A DNA stretch of 58,920 nt, the filler included, from Diploschistes diacapsis (taxonomy: Eukaryota), in the NCBI GenBank assembly GCA_023645945.1. It is 5 parts of 5 records of this genome, joined end to end, with 100 filler letters (N's around TTAATTAATTAA, not from the genome) between each part and the next. Parts side by side here need not be neighbours in the genome. Positions count along the whole stretch, not along the records: positions 1 to 11,715 come from JALAIB010000806.1; positions 11,816 to 23,527 come from JALAIB010000807.1; 3 more parts are not named here. One strand, written 5' to 3'. Shown one piece after another: positions 11,091-23,627 of this stretch (positions within the stretch are counted from its first letter, which is position 1; every line of letters starts with the position of its first letter). Under the pieces are notes generated by a model. That model had not been told where the DNA came from, did not search any database, and was given only the letters and a program-made list of their open reading frames with translations. Position numbers and translations under genes: made by a program.

Positions 11091-11612
11091 TCGCCATCAA
11101 GGGTTCACCCCCCTCTGATATACTTTGGATAGATATCAATGTAAGATACGAACAGACTGTATGGAATGCACTGAAGGTTGGTGTTCCGCTGTTGGGGCTT
11201 GGTAGCAATGCTCGCTTCAAAACTCAGGATATCCATACTTGCTGTGTATGATAACTCAATGGCCCACAATCTCAAAGAGAGAGTTTCTATATCAAACTCC
11301 AAGTTGCAGAAGAGCCGCTAAGCATGTAAAGTTTATTGGTGGCTCTGCCGTTGTTCTTGTCGTACTGTAGCGTCGCAACGGGGGGTTTGATGACTTCTTA
11401 TGATTGGACCTCGGCAACGGCAACAAAAGAAACATTGAGCTCTTCTCCAGCAGCCTCTAGGGAAACATCCTCGCACGACCCAAAGCCCCTTTCAAACCCT
11501 ACTTTTCCAGCTTGATTCCTTCCTTGTAACATACGGGAAAGCCCCTTCCAACTCTACTCTCCATTCAACCCAAAGAATCGTAAAATCAACAAACCCCCGC
11601 AATCCCCCCACA

Positions 11613-11715
11613 ATGTCCACCGCCACGCCCTCCGCCGCCACAGGCAGCGGGCCCATCACCACCCCGTTGACCAAGCTGCTCAATATCCAACACCCCATTC
11701 TCCTCGCCGGCATGG
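11613..11715 (+). CDS. N-terminus of nitronate monooxygenase (2-nitropropane dioxygenase family), truncated by contig end
   Basis: CACAATG context; MSTATPSAATGSGPITTPLTKLLNIQHPILLAGM matches the family start. Confidence 0.75.
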
Positions 11716-11815
11716 NNNNNNNNNNNNNNNNNNNNNNNNNNNNNNNNNNNNNNNNNNNNTTAATTAATTAANNNNNNNNNNNNNNNNNNNNNNNNNNNNN
11801 NNNNNNNNNNNNNNN
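11716..11815. other. Artificial contig spacer N44-TTAATTAATTAA-N44
   Basis: Identical 100-nt spacer with stops in all six frames. Confidence 0.98.
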
Positions 11816-12381
11816 TTTTTTTTTTTTTTTTTTTTTTCTCTCATGTCGGCCATCTCGGAAAAGAAAAAAAAAAAAGGAAGGATTCTGGAAAAAGGGACTG
11901 CCGTGCGGGTCCCGAGAAGATAGATGGTGCTGGCTTGATGGGACGAAAGGCATTGACCGTGGCGGCAAGGACGCCGCTGCATAGGCGGAATGGAGGGGAA
12001 GAGAGAAGGGTTTTGGGGGAAGAGAAGAAAGCGGTGATGGGTTTTGGGGGGGGAAAAAGCAAAAGGGGTGCATATGGAAGCAGTAGCACGGCCATGGCCT
12101 CTATGAACAGAAGTGAAGCTGGACACGGAAGTCGGCTGGACAGGAGAATCTACGCTCTTGCACTGGTCATCTGGCAACCCGCTCGTTCTTGTTTTAGAAA
12201 CATGGGTATTCGCGCCATCTGCTGCCTAGCCATCGCCTTGCCGCGCTCCATGCCTTCGCTCCCTCCTCCGTCTTCGGGAACGCGCAAAAACAGCAGCGCT
12301 TTTCAAACCCCATCTCCCCCTGCAGCTCGTCGCGTGAACTAAGCAAGCAGCGCGCGTCCGCATTCCTTTCCATCTTGCACT

Positions 12382-14531
12382 TCACCCACCTCCTTCTCCC
12401 CGAACCTCACCCTGGCTTCGGCCCTGCCTTTCGACCATCCCACCAGCCCTCTCTCCTCCTTTCTCCGGGTCCCAGTAGCCGTGTTGGAAAGCGTATTCCG
12501 CCGACATGTAGCTTTTCCACGGCCCTCTTGCTGATAGACCCTCATCTGCCCCTCCTCCTCCTCCTCCTTCGCCTGTACTGGCTGCCGTCGCTGGCCTCTG
12601 TGTGTTCTCTGTAAGCGCTGGGGTGGTTGGGGGACTGGGCGGGTGGCCCCTGGCTGTTGTGGGTCTCGAATTGTGAGCTGAGGGAGGGGATTGCGGGTTG
12701 GCGGAAACCAGAGGGTTTGGAGGTGGTTGGGGGTTTTTTTCGTATACGTAGCGGGGAGACGGTTGTTGTGCACGTCGGTGAGGAGCGGAGCTCTGATGAG
12801 GGGGATTGACATGAGGGCCCTTGGTCGAGGAGATGGTGAATACTGGCTGACTAGTGCTGCTAACAGATGCGTGCGTGCTTCGAGCATTGGGCCGAGCCTG
12901 ATGTAGTGTAGAGTCCTGATCCTGTGAACGAGGAAAAGCTGCAAACGCACCAACTTGGGTTGGTGGTGCCGGCTCAAAAGCATTCTGCTGGCTCGGAGGC
13001 GTAGGCTCAAAAGCCACACTCGTGGGAGATGTAGAGGATATGGAAGAGAGGAAGCCGCTCTCTGGACGTAGCTGAGGGTCCGGAGATGGCGCTTGGCTAC
13101 CGTTGCCCTCGCCAGGTTGGAACCGCATCGGTGCTTGCTCGGCAGCCATTGGCTGTGAGAGTGTTCTGGTGTCGCTCATGGATGGAGGCCGACTCCGTTG
13201 GAGTGACCCTCTGTTCCTAGCTGCGTCCAATGTGTGTATCCCCCTTGTCATCACTGTATCGTCAAGACTTGCGGGTACTTCCTCTGGGCCTGGAGGTCTG
13301 TACGCTTTGTAAGGAGAACCGCTAGCTGTCGGTATATGTGGCCGTACGTATGACATGGTCGAGACCTGTCGGCTATCCAGTTCTGGACTTTGTGCTTTGG
13401 TAGACGTATCGTCCAACTCTGACTGTCTTTGTACCTGAGAGTAACTATCTGGACCGTATGGTGCCGGTTTCTCTCTCGTGCCACTGCCAACTATACCGAG
13501 TCCATGGCCCCCATGTTTTTCACTTGCTAGGTTTTGGCTTGTGCTCACAGGAGCCAGAAGAGTATCTTGTTCGTACTTTGTATCCTGACCATTCTGATTA
13601 CCATTATTGAGCCAAGGGCCGGGCACGACAGCAACCCCGAGGGTACCTCGAGGATGATAATCTGTTCTACCGCTCTTGCGCTTTTTGATCAATGGCAGCA
13701 GGCCAAACACAATACAGAATGCTAACGCGCCGAGCACAAGGGCCGATACACCCACGCTTATCCCTGCAATCACTCCCGATGAGAGGGAGGAACCTGAGGT
13801 TGGTGAGCCCGTAATATTTGAACTTGAGGTCGACGAAGCTAACGAAGAAGCTGAACTATCTTCGCCTGTGGTAGTGCTGGATGAGGCTGCCCTGGAAGTA
13901 CTGGCAGAAGTGGAAGTAGAAGAGGGTGGATAGTCTGCCATGGACCCAGTGGTGATTGGATTCGAGTAGTGGGAGGTGAATGTCGTTGAAGTGTCGCTGC
14001 AGAACACCTCATATTGATGGGCAACGTCATTGGTAATCTCATAGCACGACGGAGAGGCCGGGTTCGAGCTATTGAATACTCGGTAAGGATACGTGATGTT
14101 TGATGCCCTCGACTCGGGATCCATAGGACTTACCATGACATGCAACCGCCATGGTCTATATCACACCCACTCACCCCTGGTGTATAGTTGATACATGTCG
14201 ATCTCGCGTAGCAGTCGGACCTATCGCTTCAGTAAGGTTGTGTGATAAAGGTCTCTCGCAACGAGCCTTACACTGTACAACAACCTATGTACCCATCGGG
14301 GCCTGTGTAGCAAGTTCCACTTTCAATAGGGCAGAAGACTGCTATGTTAGTGGCTCTGATAAATGCAACTGATAAGCAGTGCTCACCGTGGCTAGAGTTG
14401 TCGCAATTATACAATCCGCCAGGCACAGACAAGACCCTAGGTAGTACGGGAGCAGGAGTCGCCACGAATATCGTCTGAGGAACCACAGCTTGAAGCGAAA
14501 GCGAAAGAATCGTTGAGGGTGCCAGTGCCAT
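12382..14531 (-). CDS. Single-pass membrane protein: Cys-rich ectodomain, Ser/Thr stalk, TM helix, disordered tail (Mid2/Wsc-sensor-like architecture); multi-exon
   Basis: Cys-rich exons (FCPIESGTCYTGPDGYIGCC; DCYARSTCINY) with GT-AG introns, S/T-rich stretch, TM GVIAGISVGVSALVLGALAFCIVFGLL followed by KKRK. Confidence 0.75.
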
Positions 14532-15769
14532 TTTGAAAAGTGCAACTGAGAAAAGCTTTGGGCAATGAGATGATTTCGAAGGGAATCAGGGCCACCATGA
14601 AAAAGTTCTGTGTGCTTGAATTCACTCATGATCCATAGATAGTTCGAGAAAGAAAACTTGAAAGTTGAACGTCAATCCATTATTGTTTATGATTGTAATT
14701 AAAAGACCTTCTCTAGAGGAGGAATGGTGTGAGGTATAGGAAAAATAAGATGGCTAATTGACAACTAACTCCATACACGTGCATTTGTGCTACATATCAG
14801 AGGAGCAGCAGTCGGAGTATACCTTTGGTTTTCTCGGGCTTCCGGGGTGTTCGAGATGGAAGTTAGCAAAAGAACTGGGAAAGGTTTCCCACTGCATAGA
14901 TTTGTTTCTTTCTGCAGAACCCCGTCCGGGTTGCGGGTAGATGCTGCTGGAGTGAAACACCTGCACCAGTTAGCCAAAGAGAAAGGTCTATGTTGGCACT
15001 GGTTTCGGGGAAAGATGATGTTAAAAGGAAGTAACGATTCCGAAAGGGGGGAACTAGACTATAAGCCATCATACTGTTTGGGACAACCTGAACGTAGCAT
15101 TGTCAATGGGTCTAGCACTAATAATGCTTGTCTAGCTTGACTGACTGCAGCCTCTATCGTCGTCCAACTGTTAGATCGTCCCACTTTGTTTAGATCATTA
15201 ATCCTTGCTTCTTGACTCAGTTCTCACAAGAAGGAAAAGTGCGATGCGCTAACAAGGGCGATTGGGGCTATTTTATCTGAAAATAAAACCATATTGAGAG
15301 TCATTAACTGTAAGTAATCAGAAAAATTGATCAAGTAATATCTGCGTAGCTTTCATTCAAAATTATGGATTCATAATTGCCCCTTTTTGGGTCTAGCATT
15401 GCTTTTATTATTTAGGGAAATTCCTTTCACAAAATTCGAGTTTCACCAATCGGATATCTATTAATCAATGTAATTCATTAACGGACGTCATTTATGACAA
15501 TTAATCAAGGTTAATAGGCGCTAATCGTTAATTGATTAAAGAAGCCGTTAACATGTTGGGTACATGAAGATAAATATTGATGGCTTACATCAATACTGTA
15601 CAAGTAAAAGTATTTACCGACTTTGGTCATGCCCGGTTATCTCCTGGGACACAGAAAAACCATCGTAGTCTCGTTTAGATGCCCTGTGCTTGTAGAATAT
15701 GTAATGAAAGTATAAACTGAAACTACGCCAAAACTATCCTTCCCAAAGTTCACTCAGTCCCCATAGCAA

Positions 15770-17458
15770 CTACAGCCGAGGCCTTTCTCCTTTCATCTCC
15801 TTCGCAGCCTTCTCTCTCAAGAATTTTCTTAGGATTTTCCCTGACGGATTCTTGGGCACCTGGTCGACAAACCTCACGCCTCCCTTCAATCGCTTGTGTC
15901 TGCTCACGCGCTTTTCCACCCAAGACTGAATCTCTTCTGCGGTGGCGGATCCGCCGGCGTTGAGAACGATGTAAGCTCTAGGTGCCTCGTCTCCGTTGTG
16001 TGGGACTCCAATCACGGCAGCGTCATTCACGGCAGGATGGTCGAGCAGGAGAGCTTCCAGCTCGGCGGGTGCCACTTGGTTGCCCTTGACCTTGATCAGC
16101 TCCTTCCGTCGATCTACAATGTACACCAGCCCGTCCTTGTCGAAGTAACCGATGTCTCCTGATTTGAGCCAACCGTCGGGTGTCAAAGTCTCTTTCGTGG
16201 CCTTTTCGTTCCGCCAGTAGCCCTTCATCACGTTCGGTGCCTTCACCCAGATCTCGCCGTGCTCGTGGGGCGGCACCTCCGCCGTGCCGTCGTCGTTCAT
16301 AAACTTGAGCTCTGTGTTCGGAAGGGGCGAACCGACGGAGTAAGAGAGTGACTTCCTGGTCGGATCAAAGAAGACCAGGGTGCAAGTACCCTCTGTCATG
16401 CCCCAGCCCTGCTTGATGTTGATTTCTGTACTTGGTGATCTGTTCTGGTTGAACAAGCCGTCAAATTCCCGACATGCCTCACTGCCTAAAGGCGCAGCTC
16501 CGACTTGCACGGTTCGTACACTGCTGAGGTCCCACTTTCCCCGCCTGACATCCGGATGCTTTGCCATCGCCACCACTATCGGAGGCACGAGCGAGAGGCT
16601 TGTGACTCGGAACTTTTCTATTGCGTCCATCACCTTCTCAAATTCAAATTTGGGCATAACGTAGCATTTGGCGGCAAGGGTGGGGACGTAGACAACAAAC
16701 CACGTTTGGCCCAACGCATGATACATTGGTATAATGCCAAGGAAAGTCTCGTTCTCTTCCTCCTCCTTGGTCTTCACTTGTCTGTCTTGGTGGGCTTTCA
16801 CTTGCGTGCAGTTTGCTACGTAGTTTTTGTGCGTGATCTCGACCCCTTTCGGTGGCCCTGTTGTGCCGCTACTATAGTTCAAGGCAATCGTCCGTTCGCT
16901 TTCTTCGGGGCTCGTGCAGGGATCCCAGGTAAACCCTCGACCGTCTATCTCTGAAGCCAGGAGAGATGACCAATGCCTTGTTCCCTGGACAGGTTCCCCC
17001 CTGGATTGCCCATCAAATACAAAAACGCTTGACTTGGAAAGCCCGACTTGGGAGGCAGCCTCCAGTCCAGTGTCCAGGCTACTAGTAGCTACTAGCATGA
17101 ATTTCGCACCACTATCTTCTAGCTGATAAGCGACTTCACGGGCGACGTATGTAGGATTTGCTCCTGTGAAGATGCCTCCGGCCATGATGACGCCCATGAC
17201 AATGACAGGAAAGTAAATAGTGTTGCCGCTGTAGAGGAGCAGGCGGTCGCCTGGTTTGAAGCCATTGCGCCGAAGCCCAGCGGCCAGTCGCTGAGCGTAC
17301 AATCTGTACGCGTGGTGCGTGAGGAAATTCGAAGTATCGTTAGCGTCAATGTAAAGCGGCCTGTCCTTGGATAGGGGATGTGTTGGCGAAGTGAAGGTAT
17401 AGGAAACGATAGAGCAGTCGGGGATTTCGACCGAGGGAAAAGGCGATTTCAATGGCAT
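15770..17458 (-). CDS. 4-coumarate/phenylacetyl-CoA ligase-like adenylate-forming enzyme, likely peroxisomal
   Basis: YSSGTTGPPKGV, QGWGMTE, GWLKSGDIG, DRRKELIKVKG, PKNPSGKILRK; C-terminal -PRL is PTS1-like. Confidence 0.95.
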   Translation of the reverse strand: MPLKSPFPSVEIPDCSIVSYTFTSPTHPLSKDRPLYIDANDTSNFLTHHAYRLYAQRLAAGLRRNGFKPGDRLLLYSGNTIYFPVIVMGVIMAGGIFTGANPTYVAREVAYQLEDSGAKFMLVATSSLDTGLEAASQVGLSKSSVFVFDGQSRGEPVQGTRHWSSLLASEIDGRGFTWDPCTSPEESERTIALNYSSGTTGPPKGVEITHKNYVANCTQVKAHQDRQVKTKEEEENETFLGIIPMYHALGQTWFVVYVPTLAAKCYVMPKFEFEKVMDAIEKFRVTSLSLVPPIVVAMAKHPDVRRGKWDLSSVRTVQVGAAPLGSEACREFDGLFNQNRSPSTEINIKQGWGMTEGTCTLVFFDPTRKSLSYSVGSPLPNTELKFMNDDGTAEVPPHEHGEIWVKAPNVMKGYWRNEKATKETLTPDGWLKSGDIGYFDKDGLVYIVDRRKELIKVKGNQVAPAELEALLLDHPAVNDAAVIGVPHNGDEAPRAYIVLNAGGSATAEEIQSWVEKRVSRHKRLKGGVRFVDQVPKNPSGKILRKFLREKAAKEMKGERPRL

Positions 17459-17965
17459 AACTGCTGGCTGCGGTAATTACTTGCAGTTAAGCTGGCACAT
17501 GTCAGCATTATGCTCACATAGCGGTAAGGCAAATGAAAGGCGGAGTAAGACGAACAGTAGCTGACAATCCTCGGTGCAGCTGCTTTAGGATATGCAGGAT
17601 GGAAAGAGCTCAAAGCATGCTATTATCACCAGATATAAATCGTTCTCCTCTTAATAGTGAACTTGAGGTAATGAAGAAGCTTCGTGTCAGAGGAAGGAAG
17701 AAACATTAGAAATAGAGTCACCTTACCTCAGCTATGGGTTAGCGGAATTATACTCTCTCGAGCTCAAGCTGAATGATAGCAATCCCAGCTAAATCACATA
17801 ACAATCTATCCCTCTACTGCCAATGCGGTGTGGTTAGTGTGGGAATAGGTGCGCAATATAGTGGCTAAGAAACCTTTTGTAGACACCTTTTCACGCTAGT
17901 GATAATTAGTAATATTTTTTATGACTTGGGCTTTAAAAGAAAACTAGCCACACACAAGCATTCCA

Positions 17966-18078
17966 TACAGTCCTAACTTTGTGGGACTGTAACTTTTTAT
18001 TACAACCGTAGCTTTTTATTATAACCGTAACTTTTCTGTCCGTAACTTTTGACCCGAAATCTTTTTTTGGTCCGTAAT
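17966..18078. repeat. Cluster of degenerate CCGTAACTTT direct repeats with an 8-bp hairpin TACAGTCC/GGACTGTA
   Basis: About 5-7 copies spaced 14-19 nt. Confidence 0.6.
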
Positions 18079-18861
18079 AGGATGTTGTTCGATACTCGAA
18101 ACGGGATGATTAACCGTTTTAAGAATGGCCAGGTTGACAAGCCTAAAATAAAGAATTTTCGGGATGGTGGCAGCAGTGGGATTCAGGAAAAGGTCCGCCA
18201 GCAAGTTCCATGCCGCTATTATCTAGTGAAAATTATTTTGCATTATTCTAAGAAATTTCTTTTTCTGTTAGATTATTTTATTTACCCTCTAAAAATCTTT
18301 TAAAACATATTAGAGGCTTATTAGTTAATCAGTTGGACTAACGTAATTAGGGTAGTAGTCTAACAACCCGCGAATAAAGTAGAAACTAATATAGTAAAAA
18401 CTACCTGGTCTTGCATATCCTACACATCATCAAGTCTCTTTTCACTTTCGGTGAGGGGAGGGGAGGGGAGGGGCCTTGCTTTGCCTATTTTGCTTTTGAT
18501 TGTTCACCTTGCTCTTCCGTAATAACCGGGGGCTTTTCTTGGAACTTTTTTGGTTGATATTTCTTGCCGACCTGCTGGCCCTTTTTGTAGTATCCATCAT
18601 GATCTTGTTCATATCTATTCTTTTTGAAGTTCCTTCCTATGCAAAAGCAAAACGTTTTCTTTCTCTGCGCTTCTGATTCGGAGTGGGGGCTTTTTTTTTA
18701 ATTCCGCGTGTCAGATGTGTTAGCGAGTTGAGTGAGTCGGAGGCCAGACGGTCATGGCTGGATTGAATCCAACGATTTCGTAACAAAAAAAAGATTACAC
18801 TACCTATCCAATCAACGATAAGAAGAATATGCGTTATAAGCGACCGTCATCATCGACAGTA

Positions 18862-19071
18862 ACGTGTTTCACCACACAACGGAACACACCACCAAGCGGA
18901 ACACTACATTATAATGTAATTGCGCTAGATCGAGCGCTTCCATATTTGTACGAAGCTAAATCTGTTCTCAACTACACTACCCCGTTCTTCGGCCTTTAAG
19001 AAATACACTTTACGAAGGTGCAGGGATTGTGTTCCGCTTTGTGGTGTGTTCCGTTGTGTGGTGAAACACGT
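18862..19071. mobile_element. 210-bp MITE, Fot1/pogo-type (TA|ACGT...ACGT|TA), 43-bp TIRs
   Basis: Left ACGTGTTTCACCACACAACGGAACACACCACCAAGCGGAACAC versus reverse complement of the right end: 1 mismatch in 43. TA on both sides (18860-61, 19072-73). Confidence 0.9.
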
Positions 19072-19537
19072 TAAACCTAATGAAATTTGATGTGCAACAT
19101 GCGAGAAAAAGAAAAGAGACATTGCGTAGCAGCTTCGGGTCAACAGCTCCGTTCAACCCAGCCATACGGGAAGGTCCTTGAACTAATGATTAGCGAGCCC
19201 CAGACCCACCATCCCACCATCGCTGCTAGGTGGCGTACATAGAGCTCAGTACTAGAGTAGTACTCTGTAGTAGTTAGTACCTTTGCGTATCCCATGAGTT
19301 GTTCCCTGAGAGATTAAAGCAGGCTAGTCACAATCGCAGAAGGGGGCAGCAACTCATCGGAGACATCGAGGGCCCCCGCAGGAACAAAGTACGTTGGTGT
19401 GTACTTTGTATGCTGTTGGCATCAGCCGCTGGGCAGCCAGAGATCAATTGGCATGAAAATGATGGCTTCAGCGACCGTTGCCCCACCTGGTTGGCTTGAA
19501 TGAAGTTCAACAACGCCTCTAACGATGGGAATGAATG

Positions 19538-19540
<3 letters not shown>

Positions 19541-19572
<32 letters not shown>

Positions 19573-19581
19573 ACAACAACA
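19541..19581. repeat. (CAT)10(CAA)4 microsatellite
   Basis: Read directly. Confidence 0.9.
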
Positions 19582-19873
19582 ATTGATTGGCTACAGAATG
19601 AAAGGTTGTAAAGGGACATTCATTTGCAACTACAGAGATGACTGCATGGTAAGAACACCCTTTATGGCAAAGCAGTCGAGGTCGAATGATCTGGGCATGT
19701 ACTTATTCCCTCGAAGTAGAAGTGTTTCGTTAGGATTTCTATTTGGAGATGTCCCTCGGGCGGCGTTAGGAATCCGACGCTCTGTAACCCCAAGATTGAG
19801 TTCTAGTGAGGATGTCGCGCTCAGAATGCTATGCTCGTGGCGTCGTCGAGATCGTGAAGAAGCTGGTGGTCGC

Positions 19874-21586
19874 TCACCGTTTCTCGGTAGGCGATGCCAT
19901 CGAATCTGGCTTTATCATCCATAGAACGCTTCCCAGTGCCAGTAAACACGAAGCAACAGTCAGAAGCGCTGCTCCAACAGTATCGCCCATACCCATCACT
20001 TTCGACAGTGCAGGGTCATGCCACGGATCTGTGCTCCACGGGCCGGTACCCTGTACCCTTCCGGAACCCCAACCTCCACCTGTTCCGTTTCCTCTACTCG
20101 TCCCTCCGGTTACCAGAGTCACTGGCGCTCTTGCCGATTGTATCAATAGGCTTTGGAAGGCAGACATTGCAGACATTTGTTCGCCAACTCCAGACTGACC
20201 GTCCCATGTCGAAGCGTACCAGTCACGCCCGCAAACTGTGCCCGTCTGTTGGTTCGGAGCCTGGCCTGTGCACTGGCCAGCAGCACCTATGGCGGATGCG
20301 ACTATTCGAGGCATGATCCATGTGGCTGTGAATGGAGCGAGCTGAGTAGCTACCGCAAGCCAGCGTATGGCGAACCCTTTGAAGGACGGCTGGTCCGGGT
20401 CATTGGTTGCCCCCCACTCGATAGTAATCTCTGAGAGGATTTTTCCGTTTGCTGGCGGTGCTTTGCCTGGTCCAGACGAGCCGTTGAGCGGTAGAACGAA
20501 ATATTCCTCCATGCCATTCATCAAGGCAATCAATCGATCGTGCCATACGCTACTGCCGTTGGTGTAGTTGTACATGTACGCTGCGCCAGATATTCTAACC
20601 TCTGTTAGTTACCCGATCGAACTGGGGAGAAAGCGTACATACAAGGTAGCCGGATTGTAGGTAAACAAGGCCTGTTCCGGCACCGAGCAGTTCTCAACAT
20701 GTATACCGTCCCAGACCTGGAGCGACTGACTGGCATTGTTCATGCTGAAGATGGCGGAAGCATCGAGCCAGTCCCACATGGTGTCTGCATATTGGGCGTA
20801 GGTGGCATTCCCCGTGTAACGAGCAAGGCGGGCCGCAAGGTGGAAGAATCCGCCATTGGACTGAACATTTTTATAGTCCCAACCTTGGTTCCAGTAAAAT
20901 ATCTGCCATCGCATTCCTCCATCGCATGTAGCTTGGTCCCATACAGAAGCTTGATCGTTGAAGACAGCCTGAGCTAGAGCGAGCCATTGTGGCTGGCCTG
21001 AAGGTGGATTGGGAAAGCCAAGCTCTGCTGCATCCATTGCTGCGAATGCCCAAAACACTTGATCGTCGTTACCCTTCATCACGTTTAGCGCAGCGCAATG
21101 TAGAGGAAGTTGCTCTCGATGTTTACCAGGTCTTGCGTCTGATTATTAGGTGTAAAGTCGAGGTTATCTCCAACTTGATGCAGCATTGCTTCCGTGATGA
21201 TATCGTTGTAGGAATCGTTGCCCGTAGCCGACCAACGTTGTATCATCAAGCCCATGAAGCCACCACATTCCCACCTAGGTAGGGTTAGTTGCGCAGACAC
21301 TGTATCACGCTATAAACCCATCTATACCAGTAATATGGTGGAACCAGCAGGCCCGGTGTTTGCCCGGGCTGGTTCCCAACGTAGAAGGCGAATGCGTTAT
21401 CTGAAGCGATATTGACTGCATTTATGACGGAATCTAGTCACGATTAATTTACCTCCTGATGACTCTCTGAAGCAATTGTTCCTTACTCTTGTCATTTGGG
21501 CTCAGGTCTATGGCTTGAGCGACATTCCCGAACCGTGATAGGCACAGAAGTGCTCCATAAAGGGTAGAAAGATATAAACGAAACAT
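19874..21586 (-). CDS. GH76 alpha-1,6-mannanase/transglycosylase, Dfg5/Dcw1 family, GPI-anchor-like C-terminus; 5 exons
   Basis: Signal peptide, PPYYWWE, LGNDDQ.FW (catalytic DD), CDGGMRWQIF, YKN..SNGGFF.LAARLARYTGN, SFKG...RW, hydrophobic tail; four GT-AG introns. Confidence 0.93.
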
Positions 21587-23527
21587 GTTGGACGATGCTG
21601 CAGCGAGCGTGACTATCCCGGTGAAGTAGAGGCCCTCAGGGGTGAGGTGAGCTGCACAGCGTGGCCGTCCTTCTGCATGGGGCGGAATTGGTGATAGCGA
21701 CAGTAGCGGAAGAGCAAGGTCCGACGGGCACAAACGAGTTGGATTAACACTCCAAATCTCACCCTACAGGCCCAGCAATTCTAGCATTGTGAATCTCAGG
21801 TGAAGATTGAAAGTAAATACAAGTCCGGAGGATGATAGGGAGGTACAGAGGCAGCTTGTGTAGAGAAAGTAAACTGTTCAGAGGGAGCACCCTGGCCGCA
21901 GTAGTTTGCCGACGTGTTGGTTGGACATAGAGAGAGGATGGCCCTGGGGAAACAGAGGACATGAACACAACAGAAGTGAATTGCGCCAGAAGGAGTTTCG
22001 TAAGGATTGGTTCCAAAATTCCACCGGGGCAATCCTCCGTGATAAGAGCCCAGTGCCACTTCTGCCCACGTTCTTTATCACGAAACACACATGTCTGGCA
22101 GAAACTAAAGGCGCGCGAGAAGCTGGGGAGGCAGCGGAAGGGCCGGGAGATGGCGCAACCAATTACAAAGCAGCAATATCTAACTATAGAGAGACGTGTG
22201 GCTGGGCGATGGGCTCGCGGCGTCTAGGTACCCGGTCCGTAGAGGAAATCTTGGACCTGCACCTGCGTTGATATCGTCGTTATCATGTACACGGCCAATT
22301 CAATGACGTTAGGAAAACTCTAAGTATCTATTGGCTCGCCTATTACCAATGCTTGTGCAGTTGAAATTATTTGAACCCCATTTGTGAGCTGAAATAATTA
22401 ATATAAAATCGAAATAAAAGCTTAATATTTTATAAGGAAAGGTAATACGTCTTATATTATTATTTAATAATAAAAATTTCTTACTTCCTTTAACACATGA
22501 TTCATCAAAATTTATAACCGGTTTCGTAAACTAGTTTTTAATTAACTTAGAAAAATTTAAAAATTTCGATCATTATACATGACAAAGATTTCTTCTTATA
22601 ATCTAAAAACTATTTCAATTTAATATAAATTACTTGGCTTTTCTTATCGAATTTAATAGCTTACAAATCAGGTTTAAATTAATTTCTCATTGTACAAGCA
22701 AGGCCTATTGCGCATCATGGGAACTATCATGTTGTTGCTTCACGGACAGAGATGAAGACGGCCCGTTGAAACTTGCACGGCACATGGCTATGATGAAGTC
22801 ACCACTTTATACCTGGCGACTAAGGCCGAGTATCACAACTATCATTTAGGAGAAATTACGAGATAACGACGGACGAGGGGAGTTTGGAGGTTGAATCTGG
22901 ATGTGGAATCGAAGGTGCCAATTTGTTATTGCCCAAAAGCAAGGTAAATTCAGGTCGCAATTTCTTCGGTACCATGGCACCTGGTGGTATTGTATTGAAG
23001 TGTGCTCCAAGAATACCGGTGCACAGTCCAAAACACATGAAAAGTTTTGCACATTTCATAAAGCTTCCACCTCATCAATTAAAAAATTTAAAATAAGAGA
23101 CCTTTAAATTAAACCACGTGCAAAATACTCAAACCTTGTTGAGATTTGATTGTGCGATATTAAGAAATTTTGAAGTATTCGCGGCAGCGGTACGTTCTCG
23201 ATTTTCACATCGTGATCATTCTCACCACAGCTTTACTAGTTTCTAAAAAAAAAAAATAAGAAGTCTGAATAAGTATGTATCTCTTTGTAAGCGGCTTCCT
23301 AAAAAAACTTATTTAATATTTAAGAAAGCCTTATTGGTGGTATGACAGCTTCATGAAATGGGCGCATTTTGGTCTAATTCGGGGGAGGGCTCCCCTACTT
23401 TTAACCCAGTACCGTAGTCTTGTCTTCTGCACATCGCCAAGAGTGCAAGCACAAAACGCATCAGATCAGAAACCCGCTCCTCAAATATTCACGCACCTAA
23501 TCATCGAACCGCCCCTCATCCATCTCC

Positions 23528-23627
23528 NNNNNNNNNNNNNNNNNNNNNNNNNNNNNNNNNNNNNNNNNNNNTTAATTAATTAANNNNNNNNNNNNNNNNN
23601 NNNNNNNNNNNNNNNNNNNNNNNNNNN
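23528..23627. other. Artificial contig spacer
   Basis: N44-TTAATTAATTAA-N44. Confidence 0.98.

Noticed and set aside
11760..11771. Recurring TTAATTAATTAA palindrome
   Set aside because: Synthetic linker between N runs
15478..15551. Weak inverted repeat TAACGG...CCGTTA (another at ~17822-17962)
   Set aside because: Too degenerate in AT-rich DNA to distinguish from chance by eye
18421..18640. ~70-codon Lys-rich open frame on the minus strand after a possible acceptor
   Set aside because: No start or donor exon and no recognisable homology
22700..23060. Moderate-GC island between AT-rich flanks
   Set aside because: Stops in the frames examined and no recognisable motif or terminal repeats
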